The position numbers and the translations under genes were made by a program. Positions 1-7,522 of a DNA stretch of 41,181 bases are shown here, piece by piece. Position 1 is the stretch's first letter; the number at the start of each line of letters is the position of its first letter. Origin of the DNA: a virus; the IMG/VR virus record IMGVR_UViG_3300031825_000032, positions 1-41,181 of that record; one strand, given 5' to 3'. The notes below the pieces were generated by a model. The model was not told the origin of the DNA. It did no database searches and was given only the letters and a program-made list of their open reading frames with translations.

Positions 1-127
1 TCTTCGTCCACGTACTGGATTCGATCGCGCCGTTTATGTTCATCGGATTCGCCAGACGTATCTCCCGCAACGCCTCCAGCGCTTTGCCAAGCAGGTCAGC
101 CTCGGCAGCTTCGATAGCGCGCTCACC
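1..127. repeat. Left copy of the 127-bp terminal overlap
   Basis: Base-for-base identical to 41055-41181 by direct comparison. Confidence 0.97.
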
Positions 128-361
128 GCATTGGCGGTCGTAGCTGTTGCAGGCGGCAGAAATTAAGCGGGCGTTGGCTGCCTGCCGTTCCTGAAATTCT
201 TGCCGATACTCATCGCCTGTGGGTAGCGATACAACTACCCCGTCGACCTTAAAGCCGTCTGTCCGCATCGGGCCGACCCACAATGTGTAGCCGCAATCTT
301 CGATGCCCCAAGGCCCCTCAGTATGCCCCGCACTCACAGCATCACGAGTATTCGCGGCCAT
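1..361 (-). CDS. Hypothetical early-left protein; 130 aa once the circle is closed (3' end is at 41023-41054)
   Basis: ATG at 361 overlaps the upstream TAA (TAATG). The frame stays open to the window edge and continues to TGA at 41023-41025. Sequence includes MAANTRDAVSAGHTEGPWGI...ANARLISAACN. Confidence 0.6.
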   Translation of the reverse strand, partial: MAANTRDAVSAGHTEGPWGIEDCGYTLWVGPMRTDGFKVDGVVVSLPTGDEYRQEFQERQAANARLISAACNSYDRQCGERAIEAAEADLLGKALEALREIRLANPMNINGAIESSTWTK

Positions 362-807
362 TAGAAATCTCCCTTTGGTCTGACGACTTCCATCTCGTAT
401 TGGTCGAGTTGCTCGCCCCAGCCAGAGAAGTTGAACTCTGCGTGACGGCCAGTCAGTTGGAAGAACGCATCTTCAACGGCACGCCGCATCGGCCCATCAG
501 CGCCGGGCGGTAAATCCAGACCGCCCATAACGCCGATCTTGCATTGCCAGACCTTATGTTTTGGCAGTGGAGCAGGTTCGCCCCTCGCGCCGCTCGCGAT
601 GCTGGTAAGACGCGCAACGCGAAGCGGGTGGTCGCCGACAACGCCATAAGCCAAATGACCGCCGCGCGTATCATCATCGATAGCGTCTGTGCCCTTTATC
701 GCCGTTGTGCCGTCGATGCATGTGAGAATTTCACCGTCATCAAGCGCGGCGAACTCCGCTGGCGTCAATAGCAGAAGCTCGTGCTTCTCATCCCACCATG
801 CACTCAC
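361..807 (-). CDS. Hypothetical protein, 148 aa
   Basis: ORF track. GTG start in a GTGA overlap with the upstream stop, preceded by a GAGGTGA SD-like junction. Confidence 0.6.
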   Translation of the reverse strand: MSAWWDEKHELLLLTPAEFAALDDGEILTCIDGTTAIKGTDAIDDDTRGGHLAYGVVGDHPLRVARLTSIASGARGEPAPLPKHKVWQCKIGVMGGLDLPPGADGPMRRAVEDAFFQLTGRHAEFNFSGWGEQLDQYEMEVVRPKGDF

Positions 808-1067
808 AGCATCACCTCTTTGGATTTAGCGGCAAGGAATTTGCGCCAATCTTTCCCATACTGATGTTTCGCTTCCGCACGCTCACGGGCACGGCGAACC
901 TGTCGGCTTTCACCATCGGGCTGCGTCGTCGGGCGGGCTGCTTTCGGCCAACGGAATTTCTTGCCTTGGCCGGGCGGTGACGAAACTGATGTCACATCGG
1001 GCATCGTTCCAATTGCAGCAAAGGAAACACCCAAACTTGCGGCTGCCAATCCTAATACACGTCTCAC
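804..1067 (-). CDS. Hypothetical Lys/Arg-rich protein, about 87 aa
   Basis: ORF 804-1082. The likely start is the in-frame GTG at 1067 in a GTGA overlap, with GGAGGG upstream. Confidence 0.5.
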   Translation of the reverse strand: MRRVLGLAAASLGVSFAAIGTMPDVTSVSSPPGQGKKFRWPKAARPTTQPDGESRQVRRARERAEAKHQYGKDWRKFLAAKSKEVML

Positions 1068-1192
1068 AGCATCACCCTCCAAACCAGATAAGCCAGCAGT
1101 CCGCCGTAAATCATCGCGGCAATCGCAGTCGTGCAGCCAAGCTCGCGCGCAGAGGCGTCAGAGCGGAGGCGGGCGTCGGTGTCTCGGGTCAT
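1064..1192 (-). CDS. Small single-TM peptide, 42 aa (MTRDTDARLRSDASARELGCTTAIAAMIYGGLLAYLVWRVML)
   Basis: ATG at 1192 in an ATGA overlap with the upstream stop. The C-terminus is hydrophobic. Confidence 0.45.
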   Translation of the reverse strand: MTRDTDARLRSDASARELGCTTAIAAMIYGGLLAYLVWRVML

Positions 1193-1443
1193 GCGACGCG
1201 CCAAACTCGAACGCCGCCATCGACTTTGCGGGTTGTGAATTTCAAACCGTGTGCGCGCGCATGATTGCACGCTCGCGCGGATACGTAGGTTTGCATGCGA
1301 CCCGGAAGGGCGCCGTTAAAGCCTTCTGGGACAAAAAAACTCTCTCCTACCTCCAGCTTCAAGAAGGGAAGGGGGCTGCGCGGCCCTGTGCTCGCCTTGG
1401 GAGGGACCGGAATCCCTTTTTCGATCGCGATATCGCCCATCAC
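1189..1443 (-). CDS. Hypothetical protein, 84 aa
   Basis: ORF track. GTG 1443 or ATG 1440 overlaps the upstream TGA. Confidence 0.6.
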   Translation of the reverse strand: MMGDIAIEKGIPVPPKASTGPRSPLPFLKLEVGESFFVPEGFNGALPGRMQTYVSARACNHARAHGLKFTTRKVDGGVRVWRVA

Positions 1444-1643
1444 CGCACCATCGCAACAGCAAGGTCAGCACGGCAGTCGATCTCCATCTCAATGGAGCCG
1501 ATGCCCTCGCACTCGGTGCAATCGATCCACTTGGCGAACCGGCAATCGGCAACGCCATACAGACCGCCTTCGTCCGTTACGATGCCATGACCTTCGCAGG
1601 CAGGGCACTCGACTTCTACGGTTTCGGGGGTGGGGTAGGACAT
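1440..1643 (-). CDS. Small zinc-finger protein, 67 aa; first gene of the leftward operon
   Basis: Two DnaJ-type CxxCxGxG motifs (CPACEGHG, CTECEGIG). GGGAG SD upstream of the ATG. Confidence 0.65.
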   Translation of the reverse strand: MSYPTPETVEVECPACEGHGIVTDEGGLYGVADCRFAKWIDCTECEGIGSIEMEIDCRADLAVAMVR

Positions 1644-1667
1644 AAACGGCTCCCGTTGTGTGGGAGC

Positions 1668-1696
1668 AAGTTACGAACATCGTAACGGCATGTCAA
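1668..1696 (-). promoter_or_regulatory. Candidate leftward early promoter (PL-like): TTGACA-N17-TAACTT on the minus strand
   Basis: -35 is plus 1691-1696 (tgtcaa); -10 is plus 1668-1673 (aagtta). Operator copies overlap both elements. Confidence 0.55.
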
Positions 1697-1710
1697 TACG
1701 AAAATCGTAA
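1671..1710. promoter_or_regulatory. OL-like operator pair: two copies of the palindrome TTACGA-N3-TCGTAA
   Basis: ttacgaacatcgtaa at 1671-1685 and atacgaaaatcgtaa at 1696-1710, centres 25 bp apart. Confidence 0.7.
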
Positions 1711-1747
1711 CTAACAGGCGCCAGTGTAAAAAAGTCAGGCCATCCGC

Positions 1748-2212
1748 TTATTTTTTGTGGAGCGCGAGAACCTCGTCGGCGTCCCAGACGCGGCGCCCTG
1801 TGGCTTCCGCAGTCGCACGATCGGCGAAGAAGTTGACGACGATCCGCATACCAGGCCGCACCATCGGGATCGCATAGCCTGGCATCGTCGAGGTTGTCGA
1901 GGTCGCCTGCCCCACACAGTGCATCCCTGAGCAGTATGCGGTGCCGGAAGTGTCGGTCGTGGACTGGCCGGGTAGGTAGCCCATGCCGGTCGTCGTCGTG
2001 TCATCGGCCGATGAGACCACGAAATAACGTCCCCCACGCTCTTTCGCCGCCTTCGCAGCGTTGACGAGTGTGCGGACAAACACGCCTTCATGCGTGTTCA
2101 GGGTCGATCCCCGCACGCTCACTACGGCTGTGTTGGCATCGATGAGCGTGGTTTTGGATGACGAGCAACTCGCCAGAAGCGCGGCGGACGCGATCAAAAG
2201 AACCCTGTTCAT
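1748..2212 (-). CDS. Secreted lipoprotein, 154 aa; moron downstream of the repressor gene
   Basis: Signal peptide plus lipobox (MNRVLLIASAALLASC). AAGGAG SD. Lies between the OR and OL operator sets. Confidence 0.8.
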   Translation of the reverse strand: MNRVLLIASAALLASCSSSKTTLIDANTAVVSVRGSTLNTHEGVFVRTLVNAAKAAKERGGRYFVVSSADDTTTTGMGYLPGQSTTDTSGTAYCSGMHCVGQATSTTSTMPGYAIPMVRPGMRIVVNFFADRATAEATGRRVWDADEVLALHKK

Positions 2213-2257
2213 GCTCCTTAATCCCCCGTTAGTTAATACAATCGATGTTGCGACCCT

Positions 2258-2286
2258 ATAACAAAACTTGGGTGGTGGACATGCAA
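2258..2286 (-). promoter_or_regulatory. Candidate own promoter of the lipoprotein moron: TTGCAT-N17-TGTTAT on the minus strand
   Basis: Plus atgcaa at 2281-2286 and ataaca at 2258-2263, with a 17-nt spacer. Confidence 0.35.
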
Positions 2287-2329
2287 TATGGATGCTCGCG
2301 TAACTGTCCTTCGTGTCAGCTCGATTGCT

Positions 2330-2797
2330 TTATGCTGCTTGAGATGACTCAGGAAGCGCAGCTTCAATTGCAGAAACTACGGCAGGACGAACCTGTTTTT
2401 CAAGGAAGTCAGGGTCGCGCTGATTGGACGAGTCTCTGGCAATCCACCGTAACCCTGCACGTACACCTCGCGCATAAAGCCGAAGCGCTGCTTGCTGATC
2501 GCGGACTTTCGGCACGGCGGACGTTGCGTATTCCAGGAGCGCCGCAAGCGTGTCAACCGATGGAAGTCCGTCGAAGCCGAGCTTTTGCGCCAGCGGAATC
2601 AGTTCATGTTGCTGGATTCTCCGCGTGCGGCCCTTTAGCTCCGAAAGTCGCGGGCGAGAAATGCCTAAAAATTCGGCAATCTCGGACGCGGTGACGGTCC
2701 CGGCCTCAAGCTGGCGAATCAGTTCCTCGCGAAGTTCGACATGATCAATCACCTCCCCATTTTGCGAAAATCGTAACACTGCGTCGATTACGGACAT
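2330..2797 (-). CDS. CI-like phage repressor, HTH (XRE-type), 155 aa; no S24 peptidase domain seen
   Basis: HTH segment TASEIAEFLGISRPRLSELKG. Divergent from the cro-like gene. GAGGAAAG SD. An operator copy overlaps its ATG. Confidence 0.8.
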   Translation of the reverse strand: MSVIDAVLRFSQNGEVIDHVELREELIRQLEAGTVTASEIAEFLGISRPRLSELKGRTRRIQQHELIPLAQKLGFDGLPSVDTLAALLEYATSAVPKVRDQQAALRLYARGVRAGLRWIARDSSNQRDPDFLEKQVRPAVVSAIEAALPESSQAA

Positions 2798-2836
2798 TGT
2801 AACTTTCCTCTTGCGGATGAGTTACGAATATCGTAA
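2762..2836. promoter_or_regulatory. OR-like operator triplet of TTACGA-N3-TCGTAA
   Basis: ttgcgaaaatcgtaa at 2762-2776, ttacggacattgtaa at 2788-2802, ttacgaatatcgtaa at 2822-2836. Confidence 0.75.
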
Positions 2837-2839
2837 CAA
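2811..2839 (+). promoter_or_regulatory. Candidate rightward early promoter (PR-like): TTGCGG-N17-TAACAA
   Basis: Same geometry as the PL candidate, with the -10 formed by the end of an operator copy. The cro ATG lies only about 7 nt downstream. Confidence 0.4.
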
Positions 2840-2845
2840 GGGGCC

Positions 2846-3040
2846 ATGCAACACACAGCCTCAGAAATCATCGAAGCCTTGGGCGGCACAAGCGCCGTTG
2901 CAAGGGAGCTTGATATTGCGCCGACCACTGTGTCGAGCTGGAAGACGAGCGAGACCATCCCGTCTTGGAGGTGGCCCGCGATCGAGGACATAGCCAAACG
3001 GCGCGGACTTTCATTCGAGCGTCCGCAGGCGGCAGCATGA
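2846..3040 (+). CDS. Cro-like small DNA-binding protein, 64 aa
   Basis: Divergent from the repressor. HTH-like segment GGTSAVARELDIAPTTVSSWK. Confidence 0.75.
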   Translation: MQHTASEIIEALGGTSAVARELDIAPTTVSSWKTSETIPSWRWPAIEDIAKRRGLSFERPQAAA

Positions 3041-3225
3041 AAAGCAAATCTGAACATACCGCCATGCCATGCACTGATCGTGCCACACCCGAAACGACGG
3101 GCGATACGATGGTTAACGATCCAGTCGGCACCGTCGAGTTGGAAAATCTGCCGACAGTCCATGTCAATTGCCCGGAAGATGACTCCTTCGCCGCTTTCCT
3201 CATCGAGCCGGAGCCCAAACAATGA
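3037..3225 (+). CDS. Hypothetical acidic protein, 62 aa
   Basis: In-frame ATG at 3037 in an ATGA overlap with the cro-like stop. Confidence 0.5.
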   Translation: MKSKSEHTAMPCTDRATPETTGDTMVNDPVGTVELENLPTVHVNCPEDDSFAAFLIEPEPKQ

Positions 3226-3770
3226 GCGCGCTTGTTAAAGAGAATGACGACCTACTGACAACCGAACTTGTGCGCATGGCTATGGAGGCAACTGAATACA
3301 GTTCTGCCGCAGCCGTTGATTGGGCGCTCGGCTGGATACGATCAAATCCGGCATGGCGCGCGGCCCATGAAGAAGAAATAATCCGCGCGTGGCTCGTTGT
3401 GCGAGTTGGCATGGTCACAAAAAATGAGAGACAGGCCTGCGCAGAAGAACGGCAGGGCGGGGGCTACTCGACAGCAAACGTAACGCCCTTCAAGTCTGCG
3501 CTGACAGAGGCGGTGAACGCCAACTATTCGCGCATGATCGACTCCCCGATCTGGGGCGGCAAGCGCATCGGCGACGCAACCCCGGAAGAAATCCGCGAGA
3601 GCGCTCGCCAGTTCGATCTGCATGGCAAGTCCATGATCCGCAAGGCGCGGTGGCAGGTTGCTGTTGCTGACGCTGCGGAAGCGAACGGCGCTGGCGTGAA
3701 TGAGCCCGTCCGCTCCGCGCTTACGCCAAAGACATTCGAGCAGCTTTGGGAGGAAGCCGATGTTGCTTGA
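3222..3770 (+). CDS. Hypothetical protein, 182 aa
   Basis: ORF track; ATGA overlap at 3222-3225. Confidence 0.65.
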   Translation: MSALVKENDDLLTTELVRMAMEATEYSSAAAVDWALGWIRSNPAWRAAHEEEIIRAWLVVRVGMVTKNERQACAEERQGGGYSTANVTPFKSALTEAVNANYSRMIDSPIWGGKRIGDATPEEIRESARQFDLHGKSMIRKARWQVAVADAAEANGAGVNEPVRSALTPKTFEQLWEEADVA

Positions 3771-4674
3771 GATAGATTCCGGGGCCAGTCTGAGCCCGTC
3801 ACCCACAATGACCGCGCCCCGGAAACCCTTTTCGGCTGGGGCCTGTGGAAGGACGTCAACCAAGCTGCAAGCGCTCCAGCCGAACCCTATTCCTGCGGCC
3901 AATTTGTGTACGCCGCCCAAAAAGGAGTCGCCGCAGGAAACCCAATCCGATGAGGGCCATGCGAAGAACGCTAACCCCCCGAAGATCGCCCTCATCGGAA
4001 CCATAATCGCCGAAGCGCGCCGGTACGAGGATTACACCCGTGCCCGCCAACGTCTGCACCTGCAAGCGCTCGCGACATGCCGCACGCTCTGCGACGGAGA
4101 CAAAGCGGCAGCGGTAAAGCTCTACAAGAACCCGTCGCCTGCCGCCGCACTGTGGCTTGCTCCATACGAAGCCGCAATGGCGCCGCTGGACACTGCGATC
4201 AGCGATCAGAAAAAAGTGCTCGAAAAGCTCGCCAAGCAGCTTCCCGTGTGGACGTGGTGCAAGGATATATCCGGCGTCGGCCCCTACATGCTTGCCCGCA
4301 TCGTCGGAGCCGCTGGAAGGCCGATAGGTGACTACCGCTCCCCGTCTGCCGTGTGGAAGCGCTTCATGCTCGCTGTTGAGGACGGCAAGCGTCAGTGGAA
4401 GGATGCGAGCCCGGCTGCGCGCGCAATCGTCTGGAACGTCGGCGAGTGCATCATCAAGGCTCAAATCCGCAACCCGAAAGGTGAGGATGGAAAACCCCTT
4501 GGCGAACGTCGCGCGATTGGCCCGCTGGGCCAAATCTATCTCGACCGCAGGGAAGTTGAGGCCGGTAAGGTCGAAACGCCCAGCCACATTCACAACAGGG
4601 CCAAGCGCTACATGGAGAAGCGGTTCCTTCGCGATCTCTGGCGTGCGTGGCGAGTAATGGAGCCGGGCGAATGA
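3760..4674 (+). CDS. Hypothetical protein with a coiled-coil plus helix-hairpin-helix region resembling the C-terminal domain of IS110-family transposases; no DEDD domain
   Basis: ATG 3760 with GGGAGGAAG SD. Segment ISGVGPYMLARIVGAAGRPIGDYRSPSAVWKRFMLAV resembles the Transposase_20-type HhH (from memory). Confidence 0.6.
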   Translation: MLLEIDSGASLSPSPTMTAPRKPFSAGACGRTSTKLQALQPNPIPAANLCTPPKKESPQETQSDEGHAKNANPPKIALIGTIIAEARRYEDYTRARQRLHLQALATCRTLCDGDKAAAVKLYKNPSPAAALWLAPYEAAMAPLDTAISDQKKVLEKLAKQLPVWTWCKDISGVGPYMLARIVGAAGRPIGDYRSPSAVWKRFMLAVEDGKRQWKDASPAARAIVWNVGECIIKAQIRNPKGEDGKPLGERRAIGPLGQIYLDRREVEAGKVETPSHIHNRAKRYMEKRFLRDLWRAWRVMEPGE

Positions 4675-5075
4675 CGGCCACGCTTTACGATGTCTGCGCC
4701 GATTTCATCAGGCGCCACAAGATGCCGGAATCGCGCTTCGGGCGTAATGCACTCAACAATTCGAACCTGATGCGCCGCCTCCGTGGCGGGTGGGTTCCTA
4801 CCGATCATGTCATCAAGACCACGATGGCTTACATGGCTGGATACGACGAGGCCTTCGCATCGGTCGTCATCGCCAAGCCGCGCACTCAACCGCGCCCTGC
4901 ACTGAACGACGAAGCCGTTCGCAACAAGGCTGCCGCCATGAGTAGCGATGCGCTTTCGTCAGCAATCCTCGCCGTCTTCCCATACGGGCACGGCGAACTC
5001 CCCTCAGTCGCAAACAGCACATTCAAACGTATGCCTCCACCGACGCTCATCTCGCGCGGTGAGGCCATGTCCTGA
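4671..5075 (+). CDS. Putative DNA-binding protein, 134 aa
   Basis: ATGA overlap at 4671-4674. N-terminal HTH-like segment FIRRHKMPESRFGRNALNNSNLMRRLRGG. Confidence 0.6.
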   Translation: MTATLYDVCADFIRRHKMPESRFGRNALNNSNLMRRLRGGWVPTDHVIKTTMAYMAGYDEAFASVVIAKPRTQPRPALNDEAVRNKAAAMSSDALSSAILAVFPYGHGELPSVANSTFKRMPPPTLISRGEAMS

Positions 5076-5098
5076 TTGGGGCCAAACCCAAGGAGAAG

Positions 5099-5323
5099 AT
5101 GATGTACGCCGTATCAGAAGACTACGCCGCATTGGAGCGGCAGGCGGAAGAACACCGCGCCGAACGCGAGGGGCGAGAGGCCTCGACCGCCGCAAAGATC
5201 GTGGCAGCCTATTCCATGTCGCTGCTCAACAGCCATTCCGATCTTTCCGCGCATCGCCCGGAAATCGAGCGCGCACTTGACCGCCTCAATGAGGTCGTGC
5301 GTCGGATGGATGACGCGGCATGA
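5099..5323 (+). CDS. Hypothetical coiled-coil protein, 74 aa
   Basis: AAGGAG SD, tandem ATGs. Confidence 0.6.
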   Translation: MMYAVSEDYAALERQAEEHRAEREGREASTAAKIVAAYSMSLLNSHSDLSAHRPEIERALDRLNEVVRRMDDAA

Positions 5324-5802
5324 GGACGGATATTACACGGCAGCAGATTGCGGCCATCGTCGCGATGATAGAGGCGGAAGTCGGCGACGACGATCAGCTT
5401 CTTCTCGATACACTCGAAGGCCAGACCGACATCTTCGAAGTCACCGCCCGCCTGCTTCGCCAGTGCGAGGATGACGAGGGCATTGTCGCCGCGCTCGATC
5501 AGCAGATGAACGCACGCAAGGACCGAAAGGCCCGCGCGAACGCCCGTATCGAGGCGCGGCGCAACGCCATCGCAGCACTCATGGAAACGGCCGGCATCGA
5601 TAAGCTCCCGCTCCCTGAGGCGACGGTATCGTTTCGCAAGATCGAACCGAAGGTCATCGTCATCGACCCGGACAGCGTGCCCGATGAATACTGCACGTTC
5701 GTTCGCAAGCCTGACCTGGAACTCATCCGCGAGGCAAGCCCGCCGCCACCCGGCACGGGTTACGACAACGGCGGCAACAGCATCACCGTGAGGCGGAAAT
5801 GA
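5320..5802 (+). CDS. Siphovirus Gp157-like protein (accessory to the recombination module)
   Basis: ATGA overlap. Pattern KLPLPEATVSFRK...VIDPDSVPDEY is typical of the Gp157 family. Sits directly upstream of the annealase. Confidence 0.7.
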   Translation: MRTDITRQQIAAIVAMIEAEVGDDDQLLLDTLEGQTDIFEVTARLLRQCEDDEGIVAALDQQMNARKDRKARANARIEARRNAIAALMETAGIDKLPLPEATVSFRKIEPKVIVIDPDSVPDEYCTFVRKPDLELIREASPPPPGTGYDNGGNSITVRRK

Positions 5803-6485
5803 TTGGCGATAAAATCATTAACGGCCTGAAAGCCGAGTTCCCGCGCGAGGCTGTAAGCTGGCGCGCGCAGTCGGTCACGCAGGACGGAACGAAAGCGCTG
5901 GCGCTGGCCTACATCGACGCTCGCGACGTGCAAAACCGCCTTGATGAGGTCGTCGGCCCCTTCAACTGGAAAGACCGTTTCGAGTTCCACGGCGCGCGCA
6001 CAATTTGCTACATCGCTATTCGCTTCGGAGACGAGTGGATTGAGAAGGGTGACGGGGCTGGAGACAGCGACGTTGAGGCCGAGAAGGGTGCCATTTCTGA
6101 TGCTCTGAAGCGTGCAGCCGTGAAGTGGGGCATTGGCCGCTATCTGTACGACATGCCGTCCCCGTGGGTTCCCTGCGAAAGCTATGAGCGCAATGGAAAG
6201 AAGCACTGGAAAAAGTGGGCGGCGGACCCTTGGCAGTTCGTAAAAGGTAGGCCGACTGCGCCTCAGTCCATAGGCGGCACTGAGGAATTTCCTGGGACGT
6301 CTGACACGTTCAAAACACTTGCCTCCGGCCTCCGCGAGACATTGACGGAAGCGGAGCGCACGATCTGGCTGGACGAGCATAAGGCGCATTGCGCGAACTT
6401 GCCCGACCGCGAACGCGATCTGATGCGAGATGTCGCCAACATGCACAAGAGGACGCTTAGGCAGGTCGCGCAGGTGGCCGCATGA
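5799..6485 (+). CDS. Rad52/Sak-type single-strand annealing protein
   Basis: EKGAISDALKRAAVKWGIGRYLY hallmark; ATGA overlap. Confidence 0.8.
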   Translation: MIGDKIINGLKAEFPREAVSWRAQSVTQDGTKALALAYIDARDVQNRLDEVVGPFNWKDRFEFHGARTICYIAIRFGDEWIEKGDGAGDSDVEAEKGAISDALKRAAVKWGIGRYLYDMPSPWVPCESYERNGKKHWKKWAADPWQFVKGRPTAPQSIGGTEEFPGTSDTFKTLASGLRETLTEAERTIWLDEHKAHCANLPDRERDLMRDVANMHKRTLRQVAQVAA

Positions 6486-6658
6486 AGCAGGTTCGTTCCA
6501 CTTGCAAGCAGCCTGATTCCTGCATTGCCGGGAAGCGCGGTCCATGCCCGCTGTGCCACAACACAAGCTACATCAGCGAATGTGTCTCCAAGCGTAATCG
6601 GCTCGGCTATAGCGGTCGGGGATCAAAGGGCCTCACCTATGATGAGGCTGCCGCCTGA
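6482..6658 (+). CDS. Small Cys-rich protein, 58 aa (below the ORF-track cutoff)
   Basis: Hand translation gives MKQVRSTCKQPDSCIAGKRGPCPLCHNTSYISECVSKRNRLGYSGRGSKGLTYDEAAA. ATGA overlap at its start and TGATG overlap at its end. Confidence 0.5.
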   Translation: MKQVRSTCKQPDSCIAGKRGPCPLCHNTSYISECVSKRNRLGYSGRGSKGLTYDEAAA

Positions 6659-7023
6659 TGCTGCCGCAATCTGCCTTCCGAAACCGCCACAAGAACCGTG
6701 GCAGACCGCCTGAGAAGTCGAACTACAAGTATTTGCAGTGGCTTCGTGGGCGCCCGTGCGCGCTTCAGAACCACGGCTGCTGCGGAGGCAAGGTCCATGC
6801 CTGCCACGTCGATTACGCCGGGCACAAAGGCATGGGAACGAAGGTTGCGGATCACTTCGCTATCCCGATGTGCACCTGCCACCACGCAGAGCAGCATAAT
6901 ATCGGGTGGACGCACTTCGAAGCGCGTTACTCCATCAGAGGACTTGGCCTTGCCGAGCAATTCTTCGCGGCATGGCTCAACACACCCATGGGCGCGAAGT
7001 GGATCCTGGAGCGGGACCAATGA
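6658..7023 (+). CDS. DUF968/Ref-like HNH-type nuclease
   Basis: Cys/His pattern CALQNHGCCGGKVHACHVDY...FAIPMCTCHHAEQH. Confidence 0.6.
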   Translation: MLPQSAFRNRHKNRGRPPEKSNYKYLQWLRGRPCALQNHGCCGGKVHACHVDYAGHKGMGTKVADHFAIPMCTCHHAEQHNIGWTHFEARYSIRGLGLAEQFFAAWLNTPMGAKWILERDQ

Positions 7024-7394
7024 CGGGCCAAACCATGATCCTCACGCAGTCCAACCGCTGGCGCGCGCATCAGCTCATCGACAAGGCGCCTGAACGCTAC
7101 GTCATGGAAGTGCGCGAGCCCCGCCGCAGCGACGATCAGAACGCCAAGATGTGGGCGATGATCTCTGACGTGTCCCGCGCGAAGCCAGAGGGGCGCCGTC
7201 ATACGCCGGACGACTGGAAAGCAATTTTCATGCACGCCTGCGGCCATGAGGTGCAGTTTGAACAGGGTATCGACGGGCGCCCATTCCCAACCGGCTTTCG
7301 ATCCTCTCGCCTGAGCAAGCAGCAGATGAGCGACTTGATCGAGTGCATCTACGAATACGGCTCACGTCACGGCGTTCAATGGAGCGTGGAATGA
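7020..7394 (+). CDS. ninB: NinB-family recombination protein
   Basis: Start at ATGA overlap 7020. RSDDQNAKMWAMISDVS...WK motif is typical of NinB. Confidence 0.7.
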   Translation: MTGQTMILTQSNRWRAHQLIDKAPERYVMEVREPRRSDDQNAKMWAMISDVSRAKPEGRRHTPDDWKAIFMHACGHEVQFEQGIDGRPFPTGFRSSRLSKQQMSDLIECIYEYGSRHGVQWSVE

Positions 7395-7522
7395 AACGCA
7401 TCAAGCAATGGCTCGCCGCCCGTCGTCTCCACCGCATCGTCATGGAGCGTCGCAACAGCTTCGAGATCATGGACTATCGCAAACGCCGGGCAGCGGCACT
7501 CAAAGGGAAGCGCAGGGCGTGA
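7391..7522 (+). CDS. Small basic protein, 43 aa (below the ORF-track cutoff)
   Basis: Hand translation gives MKRIKQWLAARRLHRIVMERRNSFEIMDYRKRRAAALKGKRRA. ATGA and GTGA overlaps on both sides. Confidence 0.4.
   Translation: MKRIKQWLAARRLHRIVMERRNSFEIMDYRKRRAAALKGKRRA

Noticed and set aside
1-127. Physical direct terminal repeats (DTR) or LTR-like element ends
   Set aside because: The length equals a typical assembler k-mer, an ORF crosses the junction in frame, and the packaging genes are P22-like (headful expected). I treat it as a circularisation overlap, but this needs read-level confirmation.
2750-2797. Alternative downstream GTG start for the repressor that would place operator 2762-2776 outside the gene
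   Set aside because: ATG 2797 has a well-spaced GAGGAAAG SD, whereas the GTG has its SD-like sequence directly abutting it. I kept the ATG, but the start remains unverified.
1650-2845. LexA (SOS) boxes at the immunity promoters and at the 30220-30304 and 33626-33703 promoters
   Set aside because: I found no GTTC-N7-GTTC, CTGT-N8-ACAG or GAAC-N4-GTTC match while reading these regions. GTTTCTGATGAAC at about 30249-30261 is only a weak imperfect palindrome.
3760-4674. An intact IS110-family insertion sequence
   Set aside because: There is no DEDD catalytic domain and there are no terminal structures. The gene is translationally coupled to both phage neighbours.
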